NCBI GenBank assembly: GCA_963730185.1
Contig: CAVSQW010000007.1
Coordinates: 288,001 to 352,000, forward strand
DNA: 64,000 nucleotides
Reading direction: 5' to 3'
Source: an uncultured Gemmatimonadales bacterium
Lineage (GTDB): Bacteria; Gemmatimonadota; Gemmatimonadetes; Gemmatimonadales; GWC2-71-9
Below the pieces are notes generated by a model. It saw only the letters and a program-made list of their open reading frames with translations, ran no database searches and was not told the origin of the DNA. The number at the start of each line of letters is the position of its first letter. Position 1 is the stretch's first letter. Positions 9,550 through 19,344 of this stretch are shown here, in pieces. Both the position numbers and the translations under genes were made by a program.

Positions 9550-11007
9550 TCAGCGCATTCCGCGGCGGGCGGCGCCGACGGCGGCGGCCGCGTCGAGCAC
9601 GCCATACCCCGCCCGTTCGCTGAAGCCGGCCTCTCCCACCAACCGAGGTCGCGCGGTCCGCCGGAGGACCCGCTCGATCCAGCCGGTCCAGGCCCGCGAC
9701 CTCCGCGCCGACTCGGGCGTCGCCGAGTCCGCCGCCGTCATCAGGGCCACCACCCCCGTCACGATCGGCGCGGACAGGGACGTCCCCGTCACCGCCTGAG
9801 GCGGACCCGGATCGGGATAGCTCGGCTGCGCGATCAGCACGTCGACCCCGGGCGCCAGGACATCGAGCTGGTCGCTCGGGTGGAGCGGCTCCCACACCGT
9901 CAGCAGGCCCTTGGTGATCCCGAAGGCGCCGGCCGAGATCGTCTCAGGGTAGGATGCCGGATAGAAGGGTGTGAAGGAATCACCGACATGCTGGGTCCGG
10001 CCATACCGCCCCGCGGCCGCCACCACCGGCACCCCCCGATCGGCGGCGTAGTCGATCGCCTCCCGGAGGACCGCCGCCGAGTCGATCCCGGCACTGATGT
10101 TGATGACCCGGGCGCCTCGATGCACGGCGGCGTAGATGCCGGCCGCGAGCGACTCGATCAGCCAGTAGGGATAGGGCGGGTCGTTGGCCACCGCGCCGTC
10201 GCCGGTCCGGATCGGGATGACGGTGGCGTCCGGCGCGACGGTCAGCAGCACCGAGGTGACCGCCGTGCCGTGTCCGCCCCAGTCCCACGGCCGGCTCGGC
10301 TCGCCGGTCCAGGGTGGCCCCGTGTGCCCGAAGAGGTCCACGCCGGCCTCGAGATGCCCCTGGAAGAGATCGAGCGTCGGGTCGATGCCGGTATCGAGCA
10401 CCGCGGCCCGGACGCCCCGGCCGGTCGTGACCCCCTGGGCCTCGGGCAGGCCGATCGTCCCGCGCCACCACTGCCGGGCGAAGAGCGACCGGTCGACCGG
10501 CGCGAGGTGATTCGCCGGGAGGCCCGGATCGCCGCGCTTGGCGCCGTAGCCGAGGGTTGGGAGCAGCAGCTCGAGCGGACGCTTGCCGGCCCGCCCCGGA
10601 ATGGTCATCAGGAGGTCGTAGTCGTGCGACCGGACGAACAGGTGATCGACCAAGCGGTCGCCGTACTCCCGGCTCAGCGCCAGGAACCGCCGCCGGAGCT
10701 CGGCGGCGGCGCCGACCCGGATCAGCGAGTCCCAGGCCGGCTGGTCGCGCTGCCAGCCGAGGAAGATGACCCGATCGTAGAGGTCGGGGAGGCCACCGCC
10801 CAGCTGGTCGCGCTCGGTCTGATCGAGCTCCGAGCGAAAGGGCGAGGTCGCGAGCCGGCTGGTGACCTCGCGGTGGAAGGCGGCCCGTCCGGCCGTGAAG
10901 ATCCGGCCCAGCTCGGACGACGGGACGGGGCGGGGCTGGGCCTGGCCTCCGAGTGGCGCGGTCAGCGCCAGCCCGGCGCCGAGCACGAGCAGCAGGCGAG
11001 ATGGCAT
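9550..11007 (-). CDS. S8 subtilisin-like serine peptidase, secreted
   Basis: Signal peptide; catalytic motifs AVLDTGID, GHGTAV, GTSLSAP; VINISAG. Confidence 0.88.
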   Translation of the reverse strand: MPSRLLLVLGAGLALTAPLGGQAQPRPVPSSELGRIFTAGRAAFHREVTSRLATSPFRSELDQTERDQLGGGLPDLYDRVIFLGWQRDQPAWDSLIRVGAAAELRRRFLALSREYGDRLVDHLFVRSHDYDLLMTIPGRAGKRPLELLLPTLGYGAKRGDPGLPANHLAPVDRSLFARQWWRGTIGLPEAQGVTTGRGVRAAVLDTGIDPTLDLFQGHLEAGVDLFGHTGPPWTGEPSRPWDWGGHGTAVTSVLLTVAPDATVIPIRTGDGAVANDPPYPYWLIESLAAGIYAAVHRGARVINISAGIDSAAVLREAIDYAADRGVPVVAAAGRYGRTQHVGDSFTPFYPASYPETISAGAFGITKGLLTVWEPLHPSDQLDVLAPGVDVLIAQPSYPDPGPPQAVTGTSLSAPIVTGVVALMTAADSATPESARRSRAWTGWIERVLRRTARPRLVGEAGFSERAGYGVLDAAAAVGAARRGMR

Positions 11008-11161
11008 GAGAACCTCGGGTGAGATGGGAATGTCCGGGCTCTCCGAGGCGGCGTCAAGCAATCACGGCCCATCGTTGATCGCCCCCTGACGCCGCCGCCT
11101 GATGTGGCATACCATTGTCCAGCCCAGCCGCGCATCCTCTCCCCGCTCTCCGGAGCCAGCT

Positions 11162-12490
11162 TTGACCGACCGTACCGACCCGGCCACCGGCCTGGCCCGC
11201 ACCATCGGGCCGATGGGCCTCGCCGCCAGCGTCATCAACGTCATCATCGGCTCCAGCATCTTCGTCTTCCCGGCCATCGTCGCCGCCGAGCTCGGCGCCG
11301 CCGGCATCCTGCCGTACCTGGTCGCCGCCTTCGCGATGGGGCTGATTGCGCTCTGCTACGCCGAGTCCGGCAGCCGGGTGCCGCGGGCGGGCGGGACCTA
11401 CGCCTACGTCGAGACCGCCTTTGGCCCGTTCGCGGCCTGGGTCGTCGGGCTCCTCATCTATCTCGGCGTCCAGCTGGTCGCCTCGGCGGTGGTCGCGGCG
11501 GTCTTCATCCGCTCGCTCTCCGTCCTGGTGCCGAGCATCGGGAGTGGGCTTCCGCGGGCGCTGCTGATCGTCGCGATCTACGCCGTCTTCGCCGCGGTGA
11601 ACGTGCGGGGCGGTGCCAAGCTCGGCGCCCGGGTGGTGGAGGGCGTCACCATCGCCAAGCTCGCCCCGCTGGTGTTGCTGGTGGCCGTGGGGCTCTTCTT
11701 CTTCAAGCCCGAGTTCGTCCGCTGGGACGGCCTCCCGCCGGTGGCCGAGCTGGGGCGGATGTCGATGCGGCTGCTCTACCTCTTTGCCGGGATCGAGGCG
11801 GTGCTGGCGGTGAGCGGCGAGCTCCGCGATCCCTCCCGCACCATCCCCAAAGGCGCGCTCGGCGGGCTGGCCGTGGCGACGGCGCTCTACCTCGGCGTCC
11901 AATTCGCGGCCCAGGGGCTCCTGGGCCCCGCGCTCCCGAGCCACGAGCAGGCCCCGCTGGCCGACGCGGCTGCCGTGGTGCTGGGCTCGCCCGGCAGGAG
12001 CTTGCTCCTGCTCGGGACGGTGATCTCCACCCTCGGCTTCCTGAGCGCCGATCTGCTGGCCTCGCCCCGGACCCTCTTCGCGATGGCGACGGCCGGGCGG
12101 CTCCCTCGCCAGCTGGGCGCCGTGCATCAGCGCTTCGGCTCGCCCGCGGTCGCCATCGTCGTTCACGCCGCGATGGCCTGCACCCTGGCCATCATCGCCG
12201 ACTTCGACACCCTCACCGCGCTGGCCTCCAGCGCGCTGCTCCTGATCTACTTCATCTCCTGCCTGGGGCTGATCGTGCTCCAGCGGCGGCGGGTGGGAGA
12301 CGACATCGTCACCTTCCGGCTGCCCGGTGGGCCGCTGATTCCGTTGGTCGCGCTGGGGATCGTGGTCGGCCTGATGACGACCCTGACCACCCGTGAGATC
12401 TGGGCGGTGCTGATCGTGGTGGCGTTCGCCGGGGTGACGTACCTGTTCTCGCGGCGGCGCGGTGTGGCCGCGGTCGACTCGACCGGCTGA
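11162..12490 (+). CDS. APC family amino acid permease
   Basis: LARTIG..., [40 protein letters not shown]; ~12 TM segments; TTG start assumed. Confidence 0.9.
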   Translation: MTDRTDPATGLARTIGPMGLAASVINVIIGSSIFVFPAIVAAELGAAGILPYLVAAFAMGLIALCYAESGSRVPRAGGTYAYVETAFGPFAAWVVGLLIYLGVQLVASAVVAAVFIRSLSVLVPSIGSGLPRALLIVAIYAVFAAVNVRGGAKLGARVVEGVTIAKLAPLVLLVAVGLFFFKPEFVRWDGLPPVAELGRMSMRLLYLFAGIEAVLAVSGELRDPSRTIPKGALGGLAVATALYLGVQFAAQGLLGPALPSHEQAPLADAAAVVLGSPGRSLLLLGTVISTLGFLSADLLASPRTLFAMATAGRLPRQLGAVHQRFGSPAVAIVVHAAMACTLAIIADFDTLTALASSALLLIYFISCLGLIVLQRRRVGDDIVTFRLPGGPLIPLVALGIVVGLMTTLTTREIWAVLIVVAFAGVTYLFSRRRGVAAVDSTG

Positions 12491-12581
12491 GCCCGGACCC
12501 AACCGGCTGGTCAGTGGCGGCCTGACCCGCCGCCCACGTTCCGATCTGAATCCTCGTGGCGTTTGCTCGCGTAGGGCGAGC

Positions 12582-15070
12582 ATGCCCAATCTCAAGCTTG
12601 CCGTCCGCACCCTGGCCCGGGCGCCGTTCGTCACGCTGGTGGCCGTGGGCTCGCTGGCGCTCGGGATCGGCGCCAATACCGCCATCTTCTCGATGTTCCA
12701 GCGGATCCTGCTCCGTCCGCTGCCGGTCCCCCATCCCGAAGAGCTGGTCAACCTCTCCACTCCAGGCCCGAAGTTCGGCTCCACCTCCTGCAACGGGGCC
12801 GGCGGCTGCGACGAGGTGTTCAGCTATCCGATGTACCGCGACCTCGAATCCCGGCAGAGGGTGCTGGCCGGGCTGGCGGCGCACCGCGCCTTCGGGGTGA
12901 ACCTTGCCTACGACGGCCAGACCCTCGATGCCGGCGCGATGTACGTCTCGGGCTCGTACTTCGGGGTGCTGGGCATCAAGCCGGCCCTGGGACGGCTGCT
13001 CGGGCCCCACGACGACGACGCTCCCGGTGGCCACTTCGTCGCCGTGCTCGGCTACCGCTATTGGGAGACCAATCTCGGCGCCGATCCGAAGGTCCTGGAC
13101 CGGCCGGTCGTGGTGAATGGCCAGCCGATGACGATCGTCGGCGTGGCGCCGAGGGCTTCGACGGCACCACCCTGGGCCGGCGGCCCAGCGTGTTCGTGCC
13201 GATCACGATGCGGGAGGCCCTCTCCGGGTACGGTGGATTCGAGGACCGGAACAACTATTGGGTCTACGCCTTTGGACGGTTGGCCCCGGGCGCGTCGGTG
13301 GCCCAGGCCCGCGAGGCGCTCGACGCCATCTACCGGCCGATCATCACCGACGTCGAGACGCCGCTCCAGCGGGGCGTCACCGACGACTACCTGAAGCGGT
13401 TCCGGGACAAGCACCTCGGCCTCGAGGCGGGGCCCCGGGGCCAGAGCGACGTGCAAGAGAATGCCAGCACGCCCCTCCTGATGCTCTTCGCGGTCACCGC
13501 CATCGTCCTCCTGATCGCCTGCATCAACGTGGCCAACCTGCTGGTGGCCCGGGCGGCCGCCCGGTCCATGGAGATGGCGGTCCGGCTCTCGCTTGGCGCG
13601 TCGCGTCGCCAGCTGCTGACGCAGCTCCTCACCGAGGCGTTCCTGCTCTCGGCCGCGGCCGGCGCGGCGAGCATTCTGGTGGCCCGCTGGACTCTGTCGC
13701 TGGTGGTGCGGTTCCTCCCGCCGGAGGCCACCTCCTCGATGGAGTTCGCGATCGACCGTCCGGCAATGCTCTTCGCGGCCGTGGTGTCGCTCGCGACCGG
13801 ACTCCTCTTCGGACTGGTCCCCGCGATCCACGCTACCCGGCCCGAGCTCCTGTCGGTCATCAAGGCCAACACCGGTCAGCCGTCGGGCGCCCGCGGCGCC
13901 GCCCGGTTCAGAAGCGTCATGGTCACGGCCCAGATCGCGCTCTCGATGGCGCTGCTGGCCACGGCCGGCCTCTTCATCCGGAGCCTGGCCAACACGGCCC
14001 GGGTCGATCTCGGCCTCCAGCCCGATCACGTGGTGACGTTCCGGCTCTCGCCCGGGCTGAACGGGTATTCCAACGGCCGGTCGCGCACCTTGTTCCACCG
14101 GGTCGAGGAAGAACTGCAGGCGCTGCCAAGCGTCGCCGACGTCGCCGCCGCTCGGGTCCCGGTGCTGGCCGGCAGCAATTGGGGCACCAACGTTCGGGTG
14201 CAGGGCTACTCCGACGACCCCAGCCTCGATCACAACGCCCGGTACAACCAGGTCGGGCCGGGTTTCCTCCGAACGCTCGGCATGGAGCTGCTGGCCGGCC
14301 GGGAGTTCACCGCGGCCGACGAGGCGGGCGCGCCCAAGGTCGCGCTGGTCACCGAGGCCTTCGCCAAGCAGTTCGGCCTCGGTCGGGACGCCGTGGGTAA
14401 GCTGATGTCGACCGGCGGGAAGGAGCTCGACATCCAGATCGTCGGGCTGGTGAAGGACGCCAAGTACAGCGACGTGAAGCGGGCCCCGCCACCGGTGTTC
14501 ATGCTGCCCTACCGGCAGGACACCACCATCGGCTCGATGGTGTTCTACGCTCGGACCGAAGGGAAGCCCGAAGGCCCGATGCGTGACATCCCGGCGCTGG
14601 TGGCCCGGCTCGACCCCAACCTCCCGGTGGCCGACTTTCTGACCCTGCCGCAGCAGATCAAGGACAACGTCTTCCTGGACCGGATGATCGGCACCTTCGC
14701 CGCCGCGTTCGCGGGGCTTGCCACCCTGCTGGCGGCGGTCGGTCTCTATGGGGTGCTGGCCTACACCGTCGCCCAGCGGACCCGGGAGATCGGAGTCCGG
14801 ATGGCGCTCGGGGCCGACCGGGCCAGGGTTCGCGCCCTGGTGCTCCGCCAGGTGGGCCGGATGATCCTGATCGGCGCGGGGATCGGGCATCCCCGCCGCC
14901 ATCGGGATCGGCAAGGCGGCACGGTCGATGCTCTTCGAGGTGTCCGGCGCCGACCCGCTCGCGCTGGTGGGCGCCGCCTTCGTCCTCGTGATCGTGGCGC
15001 TGGGAGCGGGCTACTTCCCGCCCGCCGGGCGGCGCGGGTCCATCCCATGGAGGCGCTCCGCTACGAGTGA
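12582..15070 (+). CDS. ADOP-type duplicated MacB/FtsX ABC permease; apparent single-base indels at ~13150, ~14886, ~15018
   Basis: [82 protein letters not shown] spread over shifted frames. Confidence 0.9.
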
Positions 15071-15192
15071 CGGCCCCGCCGTGCGCGGGGCGCCGCCGCT
15101 CTCTTGAGGCGGCCTGGCGCCTCCAGGCCCCGCCGACGTAGGCTGTGAGAAGGAACCGAACAACGCTCTCGCACTCTGACGGACGGGCGACC

Positions 15193-15711
15193 ATGCGCTG
15201 CCTGACGCTTCTCCTGCTCACCGCCGCGACGACCGCCCACGCGCAGACCGGCGTCCGGCTGGCGCTGCTCGACGACTGGCACCACCAGCACGTCCACGTC
15301 CTGGCGACCATCGACTCCGCCACTCCGGCGATGCTCGGCTTCCGCACCACCCCCGGGGTCCGGACCTTCGCCGAGCAGATCTACCACGTCGACGAGGTCG
15401 CGGCCCGGATCATCAGCGGGGCCGTCACCGATCGCCCGCTTCCACCCGGGCTCCTCGGCGACACGGCGGCCACCCTCCACGATCGGGCCAAGCTCCGGGC
15501 CCAGACCGATCGGGTGTTCCAGTTCATCCTGAGCGCGCTCGAGTCAATGAGCGATGAGCAGATGGCCGAGGAGAAGCGGGCGTTCGGAGGCTCGATGCCC
15601 CGGTTCCGCTGGAACGTCACCGCCCTCCAGCACTCGGCCTGGACGCTGGGGCAGACGGTGCCCTATCTCCGGATGAACGGGCGGACGCCGCCTCAGTTCA
15701 CGCCGTTCTGA
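15193..15711 (+). CDS. DinB family protein with signal peptide
   Basis: GFRTTPGVRTFAEQIYHV and H..WTLGQ..PYLRMNG.TPP motifs. Confidence 0.82.
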   Translation: MRCLTLLLLTAATTAHAQTGVRLALLDDWHHQHVHVLATIDSATPAMLGFRTTPGVRTFAEQIYHVDEVAARIISGAVTDRPLPPGLLGDTAATLHDRAKLRAQTDRVFQFILSALESMSDEQMAEEKRAFGGSMPRFRWNVTALQHSAWTLGQTVPYLRMNGRTPPQFTPF

Positions 15712-15734
15712 CCGGGTTGCTACTAAAGTCATAG

Positions 15735-15763
15735 TTGACAGGCCGGCGGGTCATCGACACTAT
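15735..15763 (+). promoter_or_regulatory. Putative sigma70 promoter, possibly giving a leaderless transcript
   Basis: TTGACA-N17-CACTAT ending 8 nt before the ATG at 15772. Confidence 0.45.
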
Positions 15764-15771
15764 TGGCGACC

Positions 15772-16899
15772 ATGAGGTTCGCCACTACGAGATCGATGGC
15801 CGCCGCGGCCGCACTGGCCGCCGGGGCGGTGCCGCTCGCGGCCCAGGCCGCGCCGGCGCCGACCCATTTGGCCCCGCCCGACGCCACCCTCCACCTCGAG
15901 CTGACCCGGGTCGGAGCCGTCCGGGAGCTGAGCACCGGCCGCGTCCTGGTGCTCGATGCCGGCGACGTTCGGCTCTGGCTCGCCGACCTGACCGAAGGTC
16001 CGGCCGCGCCCGTCGGCGAGCGGGGCGCCGGTCCAGGCGAGTACACGGGGCCCACCGCGCTCTTTGCCCTCCCCGCCGATTCGACCCTCCTGGTCGACCG
16101 GCGGCAAGGCCGCTGGCTGCTCTTGCAAGGTGGAGCCATCGTCGAGACGGTGGCCGCGGAGTCGCCGGCGCTGCGGAGCGGAGCGCGCGCGCCGCTCGGG
16201 GCCGACTTCCAGGGACACGTGCTCGCGACCCTGCCGATGCGGGGAGGGGAAGAGCAGGCGGACGGGCTGCCGAGGCGCGACTCGCTCTGGCTGGTGCGGG
16301 TGGACCGCGCCAGCGGGGGGGTGGACACCGTCACCCTGGTCAAGGCGCGCCCGGCCCGAATCTCCGTCACCGGGCCGAAAGGCCACCCGACCTCGGTGAA
16401 CGTGAGCATCAACGTGATGGCGGTCGGTGAGGAGTCGGTCCTCTTTCCGGACGGGTGGGTGGCGGTGGCGCGGCTCGACCCGTACCGGGTGGCGTGGTAC
16501 CCGCCGGCCGGCCGGCCGGTGGTCGGGCCGCCGCTGCCCGACGAGCGCCGCCCGCTGGACGACGACGAGAAGCGGTTCGTGCTCGAACGTCTCGCCGAGC
16601 GGAACGGCACGCCGGTCCGCTCGCCCGACGACCTGCCCGACTGGCCGGCGATCGTCCCGCCGTTTCAGGCCGGAGCCCTGCTCGCCGCACCGGACGGCTC
16701 CGTCTGGATCCATCGCACCGCCACCACGGATCACCCCGAGACCCGGTACGACGTGATCGATCGCCGGGGTGCCCTGGTCCGCCGGGTGACGATGTCGGAT
16801 CGGGAACAGGTCGTCGGTCTCGGGCGGCGCTCGGTCTACACCGTGGTGGTGGACGACGACGGGATCGAGCACCTGAACCGGCACCCCCTCCCTCGCTGA
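15772..16899 (+). CDS. Secreted 6-bladed beta-propeller-like hypothetical protein
   Basis: Signal peptide LAAQA; VG.RGAGPGEY..P, APDGSVW, YDVIDRRG, DDDGIEHL motifs. Confidence 0.72.
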   Translation: MRFATTRSMAAAAALAAGAVPLAAQAAPAPTHLAPPDATLHLELTRVGAVRELSTGRVLVLDAGDVRLWLADLTEGPAAPVGERGAGPGEYTGPTALFALPADSTLLVDRRQGRWLLLQGGAIVETVAAESPALRSGARAPLGADFQGHVLATLPMRGGEEQADGLPRRDSLWLVRVDRASGGVDTVTLVKARPARISVTGPKGHPTSVNVSINVMAVGEESVLFPDGWVAVARLDPYRVAWYPPAGRPVVGPPLPDERRPLDDDEKRFVLERLAERNGTPVRSPDDLPDWPAIVPPFQAGALLAAPDGSVWIHRTATTDHPETRYDVIDRRGALVRRVTMSDREQVVGLGRRSVYTVVVDDDGIEHLNRHPLPR

Positions 16900-16914
16900 C
16901 GCGGTCCGAGGGTC

Positions 16915-19293
16915 TCAGGGCTGGAGCGCGTGTCGATGCTGGTCCAACGTCTTGAAGGCCGCGGCATCCCGGTCGCCGTCGGCCCACTGGCGCGCCAGCT
17001 CGTCGAGCACGGCCCGGGCGCGATCCGAATGGCCTCGAGCCACCAGGAGGTCGGCCAGCAGGGGCCGTGAGCCGTACCAATCGAAGGTGGCCTCGGAGCC
17101 GAACGCGGGCCCGAGCGGAGCCGCGAGCAGCGCGATGGCCGAATCGGCCTGGCCGGTCGCCGCCAGGGCCTCGCCGGTGCGGACCGTGAGCATCCCGGTC
17201 TGGGGATAGCTGATCGCGCCGGCCAGGAGCCGTCGGGCTTCCAGCGGCCGGTTCTCGGCCAGGAGGAGGTCGCCGGCCAGGAACGCGGCCGACTCCCGGT
17301 CCACGATCCGGCTGGTGTCCGCCGCCTTGGAGAGGAGGTCGAGCATCTCGCCGGCGGTGCCCAGATCGCCGGCTCGGACCAGGGCATGGCCCGCCAGGGC
17401 CAGAAACTGCGGCGCGAACTCCAGCCGCCGAGACAGCTGCGCCACCTCCCGCAAAGTTCGTCGGGCCTCGGCGGAGTCACCCGCCATCAGCAGCGCCAGC
17501 GCCTCGAGCATCCGGCCGCGGGCGATGCTGAACTCGGATCCCTGTTGTCGCGACGCTTCGGTCGCCTGCCGGAAGCTGCCGACGGCCGCGTCGAAACGGC
17601 CGCGCGCCAGAGCGAGGTACGCCAGGCCCCGATGTCCCAGGGTCCGTTCGAAGAGCCCGGGGCGGTCGAGCAGGCCCTCGAAGTGCCGGCGGGCGTCGTC
17701 GGGCCGGCCGTCGAGGAACAGCGCCTCGCCGTATTCGGCCGCGACGTTGTTCTGCCGGAGCACCAGCGAGTCGCGCTCGTCGGCCCGGCGATAGGCCTCG
17801 ACCGCCTCGTGGTAGCGACCGAGCCCCTTGAGCGCCGTGGCCAGGTTGATCAGGACGTTGACCCGGTCGGGCTCGAAGGTCAGGGCCCGGCGAAACGCGT
17901 CGACCGCGGGCTGGTACCGGCGGGCCAGCATCAGCGAGGTGCCGTAGTTGTACCAGGTGGTGACGCTCGGGAATCGCTCCGCGGTCTCGCGGGCGATCCG
18001 CTCGGCCGTGGCGTGATCGCCGCGGTAGTCGGCCGCCGACTCCTCGAGGCGGAGCCGCTCCCAGTCGGTCAGCCGGGCCCGGCGGCGGAGGGCTTCGCGG
18101 TAGTAGGTCTCGCCCACCGCGGGCTGGTTGTGCCAGTAGTACCATCCGCCGAGGGCGCCGAGAGCCATCGCGAACCCGGTGTCGAGGGCCACCGCGCGCT
18201 GCCAGAGGTCCTGGGCCAGGAAGTAGTCGCCGTTGGACCAGGCCGAGACGCCGTTGGCGTAGGAGCGGAGTGCCTCGAGCGACGGGGTCGTCACCTGGGG
18301 CAATGGTACCGCGCGAGCGCGACGGTCGGCCGCCGGCTCGCCCAGTCGGGCCCGAACCCGGTCGAGCACCTGGTCGAGGGCCGGCAGCAGGCCGGCCCGG
18401 GTCTCTGCCGGGGCGGTCAGCCTGGCCACCTGCTGGCCGGTGGTCACGTCGACGAGGGTGGCCGCGAGTTCGTAACCCGGGTCACGCGTCTCCGCCCGGA
18501 GGCCGAGCACGTAGCGGATGCCGTCGCGGACCGCCACTTCCCGGGCCAGCGCCGGGGTGATGGCCACGCCGCTGTCCTCGATCTGCATCCGCCGGAGGAC
18601 GCTTCCGATCCGGGCGCGCGACACCACCTGGAGGTGGCCCGACTGACCCAACGCGACCCGCGCCGCCACCGTCAGGCTCCGATCGAGCAGGGTGTCGCCG
18701 GTGGCGTTGTCCAGGTCGGCGAGGATCAGCGGATCACCGGGGGCAAAGGGCACCGCCGGCGGAGCGCGGGTGACCCAGTAGGCGAGCGCCCCAACGGTCA
18801 GGAGCGCCGCGACCCAGACCGCGCCAGGAAGGGACCGACGGGGCGCCGTCGGCACAATGGCCCGGCCCCGACCCAGGCGGAGGCGAACCTCGGCTGCCCA
18901 CTCCTGGAACTCCGGCGCGCCCGGGATCTCGAAGCCCGACAGGAATTCGGCCCGCTCCACGTCACTCAGCGGCGGGGCCTCCGGCGAAAGGGTCACGTCG
19001 GCCACGATCCGCCCCGGCTGGAACCGCCAGCCGTCCGGCCCTCGTTCTATGCTGGCCGGACCGAGCGCCCCGTCGAGGCGGTCGGCCGCGGCGCCGACGG
19101 TGCGACGGCCCTCGTCGGCGGTCGCGTCCGGCGTGAGCCGGAGGAGCAGCTCGTCCGGCGCGACGCCGTCCTCTTCATGAATGGCAAGCAGGATTGCCAA
19201 GCCGAGCGCTCGGGTATCGTCGCTGACGAGACTCGCCCCGGCGGAGTCGACGAGCCGGGGCGGACCGAGGGTGAGCAGTCGAAACGAGGCCAT
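16915..19293 (-). CDS. Membrane-anchored TPR protein with truncated/degenerate SARP (wHTH-BTAD) N-terminus
   Basis: FRLLTLG.PRL and FL.GF...APEF.EW; TM segment; LILADLDNATGD TolB_N-like domain; VTT.SLEALR.Y; TPR repeats. Confidence 0.8.
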   Translation of the reverse strand: MASFRLLTLGPPRLVDSAGASLVSDDTRALGLAILLAIHEEDGVAPDELLLRLTPDATADEGRRTVGAAADRLDGALGPASIERGPDGWRFQPGRIVADVTLSPEAPPLSDVERAEFLSGFEIPGAPEFQEWAAEVRLRLGRGRAIVPTAPRRSLPGAVWVAALLTVGALAYWVTRAPPAVPFAPGDPLILADLDNATGDTLLDRSLTVAARVALGQSGHLQVVSRARIGSVLRRMQIEDSGVAITPALAREVAVRDGIRYVLGLRAETRDPGYELAATLVDVTTGQQVARLTAPAETRAGLLPALDQVLDRVRARLGEPAADRRARAVPLPQVTTPSLEALRSYANGVSAWSNGDYFLAQDLWQRAVALDTGFAMALGALGGWYYWHNQPAVGETYYREALRRRARLTDWERLRLEESAADYRGDHATAERIARETAERFPSVTTWYNYGTSLMLARRYQPAVDAFRRALTFEPDRVNVLINLATALKGLGRYHEAVEAYRRADERDSLVLRQNNVAAEYGEALFLDGRPDDARRHFEGLLDRPGLFERTLGHRGLAYLALARGRFDAAVGSFRQATEASRQQGSEFSIARGRMLEALALLMAGDSAEARRTLREVAQLSRRLEFAPQFLALAGHALVRAGDLGTAGEMLDLLSKAADTSRIVDRESAAFLAGDLLLAENRPLEARRLLAGAISYPQTGMLTVRTGEALAATGQADSAIALLAAPLGPAFGSEATFDWYGSRPLLADLLVARGHSDRARAVLDELARQWADGDRDAAAFKTLDQHRHALQP

Positions 19294-19344
19294 GGGAAAC
19301 AGGCGGTCGGAGCCGCCCCTTGGGAGTAGGCTAGCTCCCGCAAC

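Noticed and set aside
13140..13165. Programmed ribosomal frameshift in the ADOP permease
   Set aside because: No slippery heptamer; several similar single-base indels elsewhere point to sequencing error.
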